Shown in pieces: positions 19,556 through 27,702 of a stretch of DNA of 40,366 nt. A program made the position numbers and the translations under genes. Each line of letters opens with the position of its first letter. Within the stretch, counting starts at the first letter, position 1. Below the pieces are notes generated by a model. It saw nothing but the letters and a program-made list of their open reading frames with translations, was not told the DNA's origin and made no database searches. Source of the DNA: a virus (taxonomy: Duplodnaviria; Caudoviricetes); IMG/VR virus record IMGVR_UViG_3300032305_000413, positions 1-40,366 of that record; one strand, given 5' to 3'.

Positions 19556-19584
19556 TGAGCCTTTTAATGTCAAATGCTCAGGAC
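19556..19584 (-). other. Small H-type pseudoknot followed by a U tract (copy A)
   Basis: Minus strand: GTC-C-TGAGC-ATTT-GAC-ATTAAAAG-GCTCA, then CCAATTTTT. Confidence 0.5.
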
Positions 19585-19649
19585 TGTTTGATTTGTTAAT
19601 CGCGGTTATCAACCCATTAACTCTGCGTTTTCGGCAGCCGACTATTTAA

Positions 19650-19823
19650 TTACTTGTTCTTTGAACCGCGTGTGCCAGATGGCTGTGCAGTAAAGAATGT
19701 CTTTCCTCCCTTAGAGGATGCTTTCTTTGCTGTCATTGGCTTCTGCATATTAGGCTTTCCTGCTGAACCCTGGTTAGCAGGCTTCTTGCTGTAGCCCTTC
19801 TTGAGTGCTGATGCTTTCTTCAT
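19650..19823 (-). CDS. Small basic protein (57 aa)
   Basis: Below the cutoff, with a GAGGAGGTG RBS: MKKASALKKGYSKKPANQGSAGKPNMQKPMTAKKASSKGGKTFFTAQPSGTRGSKNK. Confidence 0.75.
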   Translation of the reverse strand: MKKASALKKGYSKKPANQGSAGKPNMQKPMTAKKASSKGGKTFFTAQPSGTRGSKNK

Positions 19824-19835
19824 TTATTCACCTCC

Positions 19836-21665
19836 TCACACTGGTACTCGTCTGATGAGGGATGCCTGCAAATTAGGTTCGCCTCGTGCTGTTAAACTTG
19901 CTAGTAAGGATTGAACATCTGGTCTGCCACCTGGAGCAATCTGTCCTGGTGCAACACCTACCATACGACCTGTTGGGCTTAGTCCTTCTGGAAGTTGCCC
20001 CTCACCTGGAGGGACCGCGCCTGCTTGCCCAAGTATCTCAGGACTTACACCGTCAGGGGTCATCGCACCAGGTGGGGGATTCTGTGGTTTAAAGGCATCA
20101 GAAACCGCAACCTCGATAGAGGTTCCCTTCTGGCGCTCGTTAATTACATAAGATAACTTATACAGAATATCCGATGGGTCTTGACCTTGAGATGCAAGGG
20201 CTGGAATAGCCTGTGCATAAGAAGCAATAGCCTGCTTCATAGCATCGCGTAGTTCTTCTGTGTCAACCTTTTCTTCTTCTTGTGTTGCATTGAAGGAGAA
20301 TGGCATTTGACGGCGAAGGAAGTCGCGTGAAATCAACTTGTCACCGCGTGCCTGTAGTCCAAAGACCAAAGCGCGGTTAGGGTCAAGTCCTGCCATTAAG
20401 CCATACTGAACATCAACAGTGTAATCACCATCAATGTCACGCTTTGGCTTGTACTTAATGTTGTAAGGAGTACCGTTGCGTGTACCGCGTAGGTTTTTCT
20501 CTACATTACCAAAAATCTTTTCATCAACTTTGAGTGCAAGGCTGATAAGTTCTACAAAAGCACGAGCAAACATTGCATGTGCTGTCTTAATCTGTGTGTC
20601 AAAGCCACCCATAAGTGCCTGAACACCACGACCTGTGATGATTGAAGCATCAATGTTACCTGTACGAGACTCTGGATAGCGTGAGCCTAGGCGTAATTCA
20701 CCTTCAAGTACCTGTTGCTGTGCAAAAGTTCCGCCAGGAATCTCAATAGATACACGGCGTACATCTTGTGGGCGCTCAGTTTGGATAACTGCATCTGGAC
20801 CAAGTGCCAAATCGCTAACATCGCGTGGCACAACGATAGGTGCCTGTACTGCCTTAGTTGCAGCCTCAAGAGAAAGCAAGGCATAGCGTGCTTTTGCTAC
20901 TTGAATTGCTAGAACATCGTCAAACTGTCCGCGTGATTGTGAATCAAGTGATGGTCGCTGTACAACACGAACCATAACCTCACCAAGAGCGTTGGCTGCA
21001 CGGTCAATAACAAGGTTGTTGCGTGATGGGATGAACAAAACATCCTGGTCTTTGTCATGATAACGAACAATTTCAAGTACAGAGGTTGTTGTGTTCTCAT
21101 CTTTGTCAAAAATAATGTGAGCAAACTCAGGGTATGCAGCCATTAACTCTGATACTGGCTTCTCAATGCGTTGGTAGAAGTATTGAACTCGACCAAAGCG
21201 GTCAACCATTGGGTATGAACCGTAGGAATCTAAGAAACGGATGCGTGGCATCTGTGCTTCTAGGTCATACTCAACCTGTGCAGGTACAAATCCGTAGGTT
21301 ACATAGCGGTCCGCTGCTGTAAACATTTGAGTTTGAATATCGGAGAAGTCAACAATGCCGTTGACAATTTCCTCGCGCTTATCTGCCTTCTTGCGTTCCT
21401 TCTCAGAAACCATAGTAGGTGAGTTGCAGTTAAACGCAGGCATAGGTGCAATAACTTCTGACAAGTCGCGGGCTGAGATGTCAACCATATTCGCCACGAT
21501 TGGGTTCTCGAAAGGACCATCTGGGAATAAGTCAGGGTACACATCGCGCATGCGACCTTTACGAACTAGGAGGACATCTTCCATGCGACTATCGCGCTCA
21601 GCAAATGCTTGTTTGATAATGAGGAAGTTATTCTTAATTTCATCTACAGTTAGAATCGCACCCAC
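19836..21665 (-). CDS. Portal protein
   Basis: 609 aa directly after the terminase; podovirus-like portal size with a Pro/Gln-rich C-terminal tail. Confidence 0.85.
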   Translation of the reverse strand: MGAILTVDEIKNNFLIIKQAFAERDSRMEDVLLVRKGRMRDVYPDLFPDGPFENPIVANMVDISARDLSEVIAPMPAFNCNSPTMVSEKERKKADKREEIVNGIVDFSDIQTQMFTAADRYVTYGFVPAQVEYDLEAQMPRIRFLDSYGSYPMVDRFGRVQYFYQRIEKPVSELMAAYPEFAHIIFDKDENTTTSVLEIVRYHDKDQDVLFIPSRNNLVIDRAANALGEVMVRVVQRPSLDSQSRGQFDDVLAIQVAKARYALLSLEAATKAVQAPIVVPRDVSDLALGPDAVIQTERPQDVRRVSIEIPGGTFAQQQVLEGELRLGSRYPESRTGNIDASIITGRGVQALMGGFDTQIKTAHAMFARAFVELISLALKVDEKIFGNVEKNLRGTRNGTPYNIKYKPKRDIDGDYTVDVQYGLMAGLDPNRALVFGLQARGDKLISRDFLRRQMPFSFNATQEEEKVDTEELRDAMKQAIASYAQAIPALASQGQDPSDILYKLSYVINERQKGTSIEVAVSDAFKPQNPPPGAMTPDGVSPEILGQAGAVPPGEGQLPEGLSPTGRMVGVAPGQIAPGGRPDVQSLLASLTARGEPNLQASLIRRVPV

Positions 21666-21673
21666 CTCCAGTT

Positions 21674-23542
21674 CTATGAATAGTTGTAGTCATTTAAATT
21701 AACGGTTATCTGTCTTGATTCGTCATACTTTGTATGAAACATATTCATACGATTGTGTGACTTGAAAAAATTTGTAGCACTTGCTAGACGGTCACGCACA
21801 CCAAGTTCAGCAAACCAGAAAGCCATGACGGTATCTGTCTTTTGTGACTTAGGTGCATCTGGATACCAGGTGACCAGTTGTTCGATGAGTGTCTTAAGAC
21901 CTTCTGATGCATGCGTAGATGGAAACTCAATCAGAGCCTTGCCATCTTCCCATCCGTAAAAAAGGGTCGTCAGGGATGCAACTCCGAAGTTGGTGTCCCA
22001 TTTGTTTTGACCCGTATGATGTTCGCGTAAAATTGCACCCCGTGACGACAGGTATTCCCGTACCTCACGGTCCTGAGTCAACATCGTTTGGAAAGCATTT
22101 TTCTCAACACGCCACTCAGAAATTTTATATTTGTCCGTCCAACCCTTAATGAGTTCACGAATCTCATCTGGCTTCATTGCAGCCTTGTTAGATACATCCA
22201 GAAGATAACGCTTCTGTGTAGATACATCTATAGCAAGACAGACGGCAGCGGTATAACCAGAGCCTGCTGGGTCTAGTCCTGCTACAACAATCAAGCCATC
22301 CATACCGTTGTAACGCACACCGTTTTTGCCCCTTGGAATAATTCCAAAGTTGCGAGCGCCATTGATGACACCCTTGACGGCTGCGGTAGGAAATGCTGCA
22401 TCTTCATGTACCTGCTGTTGCTGGTAAACCATTGCCCAAAGATTTGGGGATATACGACTGCGCTTCTTGTTTAAGGCAGGTCCAGTCCACTTGTCATACA
22501 GCCCGTTCTCGTCAGGTTCTCCATTACCAGATACGGGTGGTATGTTGGTCTTAGCCCAGAGGGTTACCCATTTCTCAGGGTCCTCGTCAAATTCTAAAAC
22601 TGCAGGTTGTGCAAAGTATGTCCATGGGGAAGTCTCATCTGGGTAGCGTGCTTCATCACGCAGTTCAGAGTAGAGGTCCTTGGGACGAAGGCGGGTACCA
22701 ATAACCAGTAGGCGACCACCATCGTTGTCAATACGGGACATAACTTCCGACTGAATCCAGTCAATCTGTCGTTCGTATTCATGGGCGTTGGTATGGTCAA
22801 CACAGTCGTCCATGATGATTAAGTCAGCACGGGCACCGTAGATATGACCACGGATACCGATAGCCTGGACTGTAGGGTCTTTTTCGCCAGAGTCGCGAGA
22901 CTCAGAGGATAGATAAATTAAATCCTGTTTCCATGAATCAGAGCCTTTTTGAAAACCGCCTGGAGGTCCAAAGGTTAATTGGAGGTCCTGGTACTTAGGA
23001 TGTGTCAGTCTGTTTTTTATGGATAACAGGAATTTTTGTGCCATAGCCTGTGTCTTGGACACAACCATGATTCTGATATTGGGGTTCTGGCAAATCCGAT
23101 AGACAGCATAGTTGACCGTAATGGTCGTGGACTTTGCGTGTTCTGGTGGGGTATTGATAATAATCAAGTCAGGGGACCCAGGTTCATGGGTAATGGCAGG
23201 ATGGACATCCGAAGGTTCTCTACCCTCTAATAAGTCAATCCAATGCTCCTGATGTTTAAATACCTTAGTGCCTAAAAATTTTTCTGAAAACTCAGGGAAG
23301 GGTGGTACTTCCCCTTTAGCCCCGTTGATTTCGCCACGGGCTGTCATACTACGGACTTTATCTACCTGGGTTGAAAACTCCTGGTCAGTCTTACGGTAGT
23401 ATTCATAGGTCTTAACACTTCGCCCTACGGCATCCATCGCCCGTTGGACAGAGTACCCCTCCATTAGAAATTCGATAATTTGCCTTTTGATGGCATCGCT
23501 CTTATGGCTTGCTGCTGTAACTCTTTTTCTGTCCATAGGCAT
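21674..23542 (-). CDS. terL: Terminase large subunit with an N-terminal HTH-like extension
   Basis: Walker A variant PPEHAKST, G.RADLIIMDD Walker B, VIGTR coupling motif, nuclease GLDPA and DTVMA. Confidence 0.92.
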   Translation of the reverse strand: MPMDRKRVTAASHKSDAIKRQIIEFLMEGYSVQRAMDAVGRSVKTYEYYRKTDQEFSTQVDKVRSMTARGEINGAKGEVPPFPEFSEKFLGTKVFKHQEHWIDLLEGREPSDVHPAITHEPGSPDLIIINTPPEHAKSTTITVNYAVYRICQNPNIRIMVVSKTQAMAQKFLLSIKNRLTHPKYQDLQLTFGPPGGFQKGSDSWKQDLIYLSSESRDSGEKDPTVQAIGIRGHIYGARADLIIMDDCVDHTNAHEYERQIDWIQSEVMSRIDNDGGRLLVIGTRLRPKDLYSELRDEARYPDETSPWTYFAQPAVLEFDEDPEKWVTLWAKTNIPPVSGNGEPDENGLYDKWTGPALNKKRSRISPNLWAMVYQQQQVHEDAAFPTAAVKGVINGARNFGIIPRGKNGVRYNGMDGLIVVAGLDPAGSGYTAAVCLAIDVSTQKRYLLDVSNKAAMKPDEIRELIKGWTDKYKISEWRVEKNAFQTMLTQDREVREYLSSRGAILREHHTGQNKWDTNFGVASLTTLFYGWEDGKALIEFPSTHASEGLKTLIEQLVTWYPDAPKSQKTDTVMAFWFAELGVRDRLASATNFFKSHNRMNMFHTKYDESRQITVNLNDYNYS

Positions 23543-24075
23543 ACCGAAACGGAAATATGGAAGTTTCGGGCTTATCTCCTAACCGAAGGCGTAGTCTAAA
23601 CGAAGCCGAAGGTTAGGGCTTCCTTTAGGGTGCGACCCCAAGGGTCGCTGCTAGTGTGTAGAGAGGCTCCGATTATTTCGCCTCTCACTATACTATAGGT
23701 GTCCAAAAGGTCCTTAGCGGACACTTTTGTCCAAAGTATTTTTAATTATTTTTTGCCTACGGCAAAAGTGCTGGTCAAAGGCTTTTGGTGACCCCAGAAC
23801 TATCAAAGTTATGTGGGTAGATACACATACACATACACACCACGGATTTAACAATCCTGGGGTGAAGCATGCACGCTCACTCACTTACTTGCAAGGCTAG
23901 GCGAACAGTGCTTGAGGGCAGAGCAGAGCAGGCAGGCAAGGGCTAGAGCAGGGCAGGGCTTTCACTCCGCTAATCGCTCCCCCTTAATCCCCCGCATCCC
24001 CCCGCATGCTTGCCCCCCGCTTGCTCACGCTCACACTTGCCGTCTCACATGTTGAGACAGGCTCACGCTCAAATA
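23543..24075. other. Non-coding divergence region with hairpins and short repeats; probable physical genome end/packaging region
   Basis: No ORF. Several inverted repeats at 23545-23730, ATACAC repeats, then a GCAG/GGGCA purine-rich tract followed by a CCCCCGCAT pyrimidine-rich tract. Confidence 0.5.
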
Positions 24076-24077
24076 AA

Positions 24078-24133
24078 TGTGATGCGATTCACACCGCCAA
24101 ATGTTGAGGGCATGGCGGGAGGGCGTGTATAAA
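24078..24133 (+). promoter_or_regulatory. CRP/GlxR box 1 with candidate early promoter
   Basis: TGTGA-TGCGAT-TCACA (24078-24093), a 10-bp gap, then TTGAGG-N18-TATAAA. Confidence 0.65.
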
Positions 24134-24183
24134 TCTCCTTGTGAGTTCAAATCGGACTCAAGACATGACAGGAGAAACAAGAA

Positions 24184-24825
24184 ATGACAGCAACAACAGC
24201 AACTAAGGCAACAGGCAAGGCAAGCAAGGCGGAGGCACTTTCAACAATCACTAAGGCGCTAGAACAGGCTCATGAGTTGATTAAGACAGAAACAGGCGCA
24301 CCCCGCGCCACTCTCCTAGTGACTCGTGACCTCAAGGGCAGAAAGGGACATTTCACCCCTTACACCCCTTGGCAGGCAGGCGAGGAATCTTTCTCAGAAA
24401 TCGCGTTCAATCTTGAGCATTTCACGACACCAGAAGAACTACTTTCTACCCTCCTCCATGAGGTGGCGCACTCAATCAATCACATGAACGGGATTGAGGA
24501 TTGCTCCTCAAATCAGTATCACAACGCTAAGTTCAAGGCTCAAGCCGAGGCGTTAGGTCTTAAGACAATCGAGATTAAGGGCAAGGGACACGCTGCAACA
24601 GAACTCACCGAGTTAGGCGCTAAGCGATGGAAGAAAGCCCTCACCATCCTATCGAACGCGTTCGATTTAACCGCCCTAGGAGGCGAACAGGCGAAGAAGA
24701 AAGGCAGAAACACCAACCTAATCAAGGCAATGTGCGAATGTGAGAATGTAATCCGCCTTTCTCGCGGTGTCCTTGAGTCAGGCGTGACATGCAACCAGTG
24801 CGAGGAGGTGTTCAAGGAGGCGTAA
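24184..24825 (+). CDS. SprT-like zinc metalloprotease with C-terminal Zn ribbon
   Basis: TLLHEVAH (HExxH), YHNAKF and CEC...CNQC; GACAGGAGA RBS. Confidence 0.8.
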   Translation: MTATTATKATGKASKAEALSTITKALEQAHELIKTETGAPRATLLVTRDLKGRKGHFTPYTPWQAGEESFSEIAFNLEHFTTPEELLSTLLHEVAHSINHMNGIEDCSSNQYHNAKFKAQAEALGLKTIEIKGKGHAATELTELGAKRWKKALTILSNAFDLTALGGEQAKKKGRNTNLIKAMCECENVIRLSRGVLESGVTCNQCEEVFKEA

Positions 24826-24832
24826 GCCTCCC

Positions 24833-24879
24833 GCCCCCTGCCCGATAAGTCGGCGCGAGTTCATGACTCACAGGGGGCA
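24833..24879 (+). ncRNA. Mini-tRNA-like element E1
   Basis: 7-bp stem GCCCCCT/AGGGGGC plus A; hairpin CCGA-TAAG-TCGG; arm GCGAG-TTCATGA-CTCAC. Confidence 0.55.
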
Positions 24880-24940
24880 CGAGTTAGAGAGAAAGTCTCT
24901 CTGACTTAAGACATAACGAAAGCGATAGGAGAACAGCAAC

Positions 24941-25141
24941 ATGAACACCATCACAGCAACCAACTACAAGGGCAGAGTCTGGACATGTGACAGCCATAAC
25001 GCCCGAATTGAGGCGATGATTAACAAGGGCAAGATAGCCGAGGCGATGGCGCTAGTTGATGTCTTAAACCCTAAAAAATCGCGGGGAATCTGCTCCGCGT
25101 GTCGGGGATTATGGCTCGAAACACCGCCAATAAATCGGTGA
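24941..25141 (+). CDS. Hypothetical early protein (CxxH/CxxC)
   Basis: 66 aa, AGGAGA RBS. Confidence 0.65.
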   Translation: MNTITATNYKGRVWTCDSHNARIEAMINKGKIAEAMALVDVLNPKKSRGICSACRGLWLETPPINR

Positions 25142-25160
25142 CTTAAGACAGAAGAAAAAA

Positions 25161-25217
25161 TGTGAGGTAACTCACAGCCCTAAATCCTTGACAGGGGGCG
25201 CGTGTTCACGACACGAT
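25161..25217 (+). promoter_or_regulatory. CRP/GlxR box 2 with candidate promoter
   Basis: TGTGA-GGTAAC-TCACA (25161-25176), an 11-bp gap, then TTGACA-N18-CACGAT. Confidence 0.65.
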
Positions 25218-25224
25218 TAGGGCA
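25177..25224 (+). ncRNA. Mini-tRNA-like element E2
   Basis: Stem GCCCTAA/TTAGGGC plus A; hairpin CCT-TGAC-AGG; arm CGTG-TTCACGA-CACG. Confidence 0.55.
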
Positions 25225-25272
25225 CGACATAGGGAGAGAGTCTCCTTATGTATTAAGACGGGAGAAAAAAGA

Positions 25273-25656
25273 ATGGCAACAAGAAGCACAATCGGTATTA
25301 AGTCAGAAGATGGCACAGTCAAAGCGATTTACTGCCACTGGGACGGATACCCTGCGGGGGTAGGTCTAGGCTTGATTGACAACTACAACAGCAAGGCACA
25401 GGCAGAGGCGCTAATCGCTCTCGGCGGATTCTCCTCACTCATGGAGACACTAGAGGAGACAAAGGCTGGAGCCTATGGCACCGAAAGCGACAAGGCGCGA
25501 GCCTTTACAGGTGTTCAAGATTGGCTGGACAATTTCAACTCAGGCGAGGAGTATGCCTACCTTTACGAGGAGGGCAAAGGCTGGGTCTATTTCTCAGATG
25601 AGGCGTTTGACGAACACATGGCGATTAACTTAAAGCGTGAAGAAAGTGTGGCTTAA
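25273..25656 (+). CDS. Conserved phage early protein (YCHWDGYP family, function unknown)
   Basis: M.TRS.IG...IYCHWDGYP.GVG and EEYAYLY motifs. Confidence 0.75.
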   Translation: MATRSTIGIKSEDGTVKAIYCHWDGYPAGVGLGLIDNYNSKAQAEALIALGGFSSLMETLEETKAGAYGTESDKARAFTGVQDWLDNFNSGEEYAYLYEEGKGWVYFSDEAFDEHMAINLKREESVA

Positions 25657-25659
25657 GAC

Positions 25660-25809
25660 ATGAAAATCACTTACGAAATCTACAGCAAGCGCGGAACATT
25701 CTCAGGCTTGAACACGACCACGAGCATGCAAAAGATGGCAGAGATTAAAGCCATGCTTGAGGCTAACGGGCAAGCCTGCACCATCGTGAAGATTACCGAG
25801 GAGGTATGA
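25660..25809 (+). CDS. Hypothetical early protein (49 aa)
   Basis: Below the cutoff; TAAGACATG stop-start junction; MKITYEIYSKRG...EEV. Confidence 0.6.
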   Translation: MKITYEIYSKRGTFSGLNTTTSMQKMAEIKAMLEANGQACTIVKITEEV

Positions 25810-25829
25810 CTTAAGACAGAAAGAAAACA

Positions 25830-25885
25830 TGTGATGAAAATCACAGCCTCAAATGTTGAAGAAACCGCGGTGTTCATGCCACCAT
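25830..25885 (+). promoter_or_regulatory. CRP/GlxR box 3 with candidate promoter
   Basis: TGTGA-TGAAAA-TCACA (25830-25845), a 10-bp gap, then TTGAAG-N18-CACCAT. Confidence 0.6.
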
Positions 25886-25892
25886 TGAGGCA
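25846..25892 (+). ncRNA. Mini-tRNA-like element E3
   Basis: Stem GCCTCAA/TTGAGGC plus A; weak GTT/AAC hairpin; arm GGTG-TTCATGC-CACC. Confidence 0.5.
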
Positions 25893-25935
25893 CTGGTAAC
25901 AATCCCGTTACCTACAAGAACAGGAGAAGCAACAA

Positions 25936-26457
25936 ATGAAGCGAGCCGAACTAATCATAGGCAAGGCGTATTACATGAACAGCAAGGCAGATTGGCGCGG
26001 ATACCACTACAACCTTAGTGAATCTTATGCACAGACTGCCAACAAATTAAGTTATTACAAAGTGACAGTAATTGAGACACAACTTAAGACAGAATACGAC
26101 AAGAGATGCCGCACTCGTGATGTCTTAATACAGACAGCAAGTGGCAAAGAAATGTGGGTGTCACTTAGTCACCTGCGCTGTACATTCATCGAGGCTGTAA
26201 AGATTCTCACAGATGACCGCCGACAACGCCTAGGTTATGACGACCCAGGCAACCGCTATGCCCGCCACCTGCAACGCAAGTTTGCCCGCGAGCAATACAC
26301 CCCTGCGCTCAAGACTTTAATGACAGAGATTTCACGAGTGACAGGCGAGCAAGTTTATTCATGGGAAAAGTTTGAGAGTTTAGACATCAAGACAATCCAG
26401 ATTCTAACTCAAGCAATCTCAGGTATTAAGACAGAACTAACAGCGGTGGCATCATGA
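25936..26457 (+). CDS. Hypothetical early protein
   Basis: 173 aa, ACAGGAGA RBS. Confidence 0.7.
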   Translation: MKRAELIIGKAYYMNSKADWRGYHYNLSESYAQTANKLSYYKVTVIETQLKTEYDKRCRTRDVLIQTASGKEMWVSLSHLRCTFIEAVKILTDDRRQRLGYDDPGNRYARHLQRKFAREQYTPALKTLMTEISRVTGEQVYSWEKFESLDIKTIQILTQAISGIKTELTAVAS

Positions 26458-26570
26458 GTGATTACTGCCAGCCATGCGGTCAGGTTATGTGGCTATGCAC
26501 ATGCGAGCCATACTGCGGAGACTGCTTACGACCTATTACAGACTGCAACCATTCCACCAACAACAAATGA
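26454..26570 (+). CDS. Small Cys-rich peptide (38 aa)
   Basis: ATGA overlaps at both ends; MSDYCQPCGQVMWLCTCEPYCGDCLRPITDCNHSTNNK. Confidence 0.55.
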   Translation: MSDYCQPCGQVMWLCTCEPYCGDCLRPITDCNHSTNNK

Positions 26571-26728
26571 AACTTACACGCCGAGGCAAGCAAGTCAGAG
26601 CCGTAGTTATTTATGTCTTAATACTCAGCGCGTTCTATGCATGGACAGTTTCACTAGGAGTCTGGGAGATTCCTGAGTCATGCTTAGTCGAGCAAGTCGG
26701 GTGTCCTGCTGGTCATCCTCTGCCTTAA
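26567..26728 (+). CDS. Small membrane protein (53 aa)
   Basis: Basic N-terminus MKLTRRGK plus one hydrophobic helix; start reassigned from track ORF 26474. Confidence 0.6.
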   Translation: MKLTRRGKQVRAVVIYVLILSAFYAWTVSLGVWEIPESCLVEQVGCPAGHPLP

Positions 26729-26735
26729 GACACAG

Positions 26736-26791
26736 TGTGACCAACATCACATGCAAAACTATTGACACCGCATAGGTGACGAGAGTTAAAT
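26736..26791 (+). promoter_or_regulatory. CRP/GlxR box 4 with candidate promoter
   Basis: TGTGA-CCAACA-TCACA (26736-26751), a 10-bp gap, then TTGACA (26762-26767); the -10 is unclear (TTAAAT at N18). Confidence 0.6.
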
Positions 26792-26821
26792 ACAACTACC
26801 AACTACAGACAGGAGAACAAC

Positions 26822-27034
26822 ATGGAACTAACAGCACAAGAGATTGAGTGGGTACTTTACTCAGTCAATAAGACAATCAACGACAACGGCGGGATGTGGG
26901 ACAACACACTCACCGACAGCATCAAACTAAAACTTAATACACAACTCAACACCTGCCCATTTTGTGGAGTATCTCCAACCGAGGGATGCCCAACATGTGA
27001 ACAAGCAGGACGACTTAAGACAGGAGAAAAGTAA
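26822..27034 (+). CDS. Hypothetical early protein with CxxC-CxxC
   Basis: 70 aa, AGACAGGAGA RBS. Confidence 0.7.
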   Translation: MELTAQEIEWVLYSVNKTINDNGGMWDNTLTDSIKLKLNTQLNTCPFCGVSPTEGCPTCEQAGRLKTGEK

Positions 27035-27222
27035 TGGCAACATGGACACACCCTAACGGGGACACAATCACAACAGAAGGTACCACCTACACAGTCACAC
27101 AGAACGGCGTGAGCCGAACAGTGGATGTTGAGAAGTGGACAGCCAATGCAGAACAATGGATGAAGAACGACATCAAAGACGGATACTACGAAGGCTTCGT
27201 ACTTAAGACAGGAGATAACTAA
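27034..27222 (+). CDS. Hypothetical early protein
   Basis: 62 aa, AGACAGGAGA RBS. Confidence 0.7.
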   Translation: MATWTHPNGDTITTEGTTYTVTQNGVSRTVDVEKWTANAEQWMKNDIKDGYYEGFVLKTGDN

Positions 27223-27223
27223 C

Positions 27224-27517
27224 ATGGCACTACCAGAACAAACCCTAGAAGCATTAACCAACGGCGCTAACAACATGACATTCAACGAGAACGGAGAGAT
27301 GACCAACGCAAGCGGGTCAGGCGTGGACTTGTATGTCCTTTTGTCTCTCGTCTCATGGATTAAGTTAGAACTTAAGACAGGTATGAAGATGACCCGTCAT
27401 GGAAGCACGCTTAAGAAGGCTAACGAAATGCTGGGTACAAACTACAAGCGCAAGCAACAGGCACTTGACCACCTTGAGGCACTGCTCTCAGTACTTAAGA
27501 CAGAGGAGGCAAAGTAA
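27224..27517 (+). CDS. Hypothetical early protein
   Basis: 97 aa, AGACAGGAGA RBS. Confidence 0.7.
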   Translation: MALPEQTLEALTNGANNMTFNENGEMTNASGSGVDLYVLLSLVSWIKLELKTGMKMTRHGSTLKKANEMLGTNYKRKQQALDHLEALLSVLKTEEAK

Positions 27518-27702
27518 TGGAAGCACCTATCGGCTGGAAGCCAATGCCTGCTGAATGGATTGACTTGTTAATTGTCTGCGATGGCTGTAAAGAAACCTCT
27601 CAGAAATCTTGGGCTAAACAAGGACCACAAGGAACATTGTGCTTGCGATGTCACATAAAAACAGATGGATACATGACACTAAAAAGATTAGGAGAAATCT
27701 AA
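27517..27702 (+). CDS. Hypothetical Zn-finger-like protein
   Basis: 61 aa with two CxxC; GAGGAGG RBS. Confidence 0.65.
   Translation: MEAPIGWKPMPAEWIDLLIVCDGCKETSQKSWAKQGPQGTLCLRCHIKTDGYMTLKRLGEI

Noticed and set aside
24142-24160. GAGTTCAAATC T-loop-like sequence as a tRNA fragment or attP
   Set aside because: The flanks do not form a T stem or acceptor stem; it folds as a simple TGAGTTC/GGACTCA hairpin, and there is no integrase.
24833-25892. E1-E3 as genuine tRNA genes
   Set aside because: They are only ~47 nt, with no anticodon arm/7-nt anticodon loop, no D arm and no CCA; they are kept only as tRNA-like elements.
26458-26676. Track ORF 26458-26676 and the long 5' extension of 26474-26728
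   Set aside because: The region is better explained by the ATGA-coupled ORFs 26454-26570 and 26567-26728.
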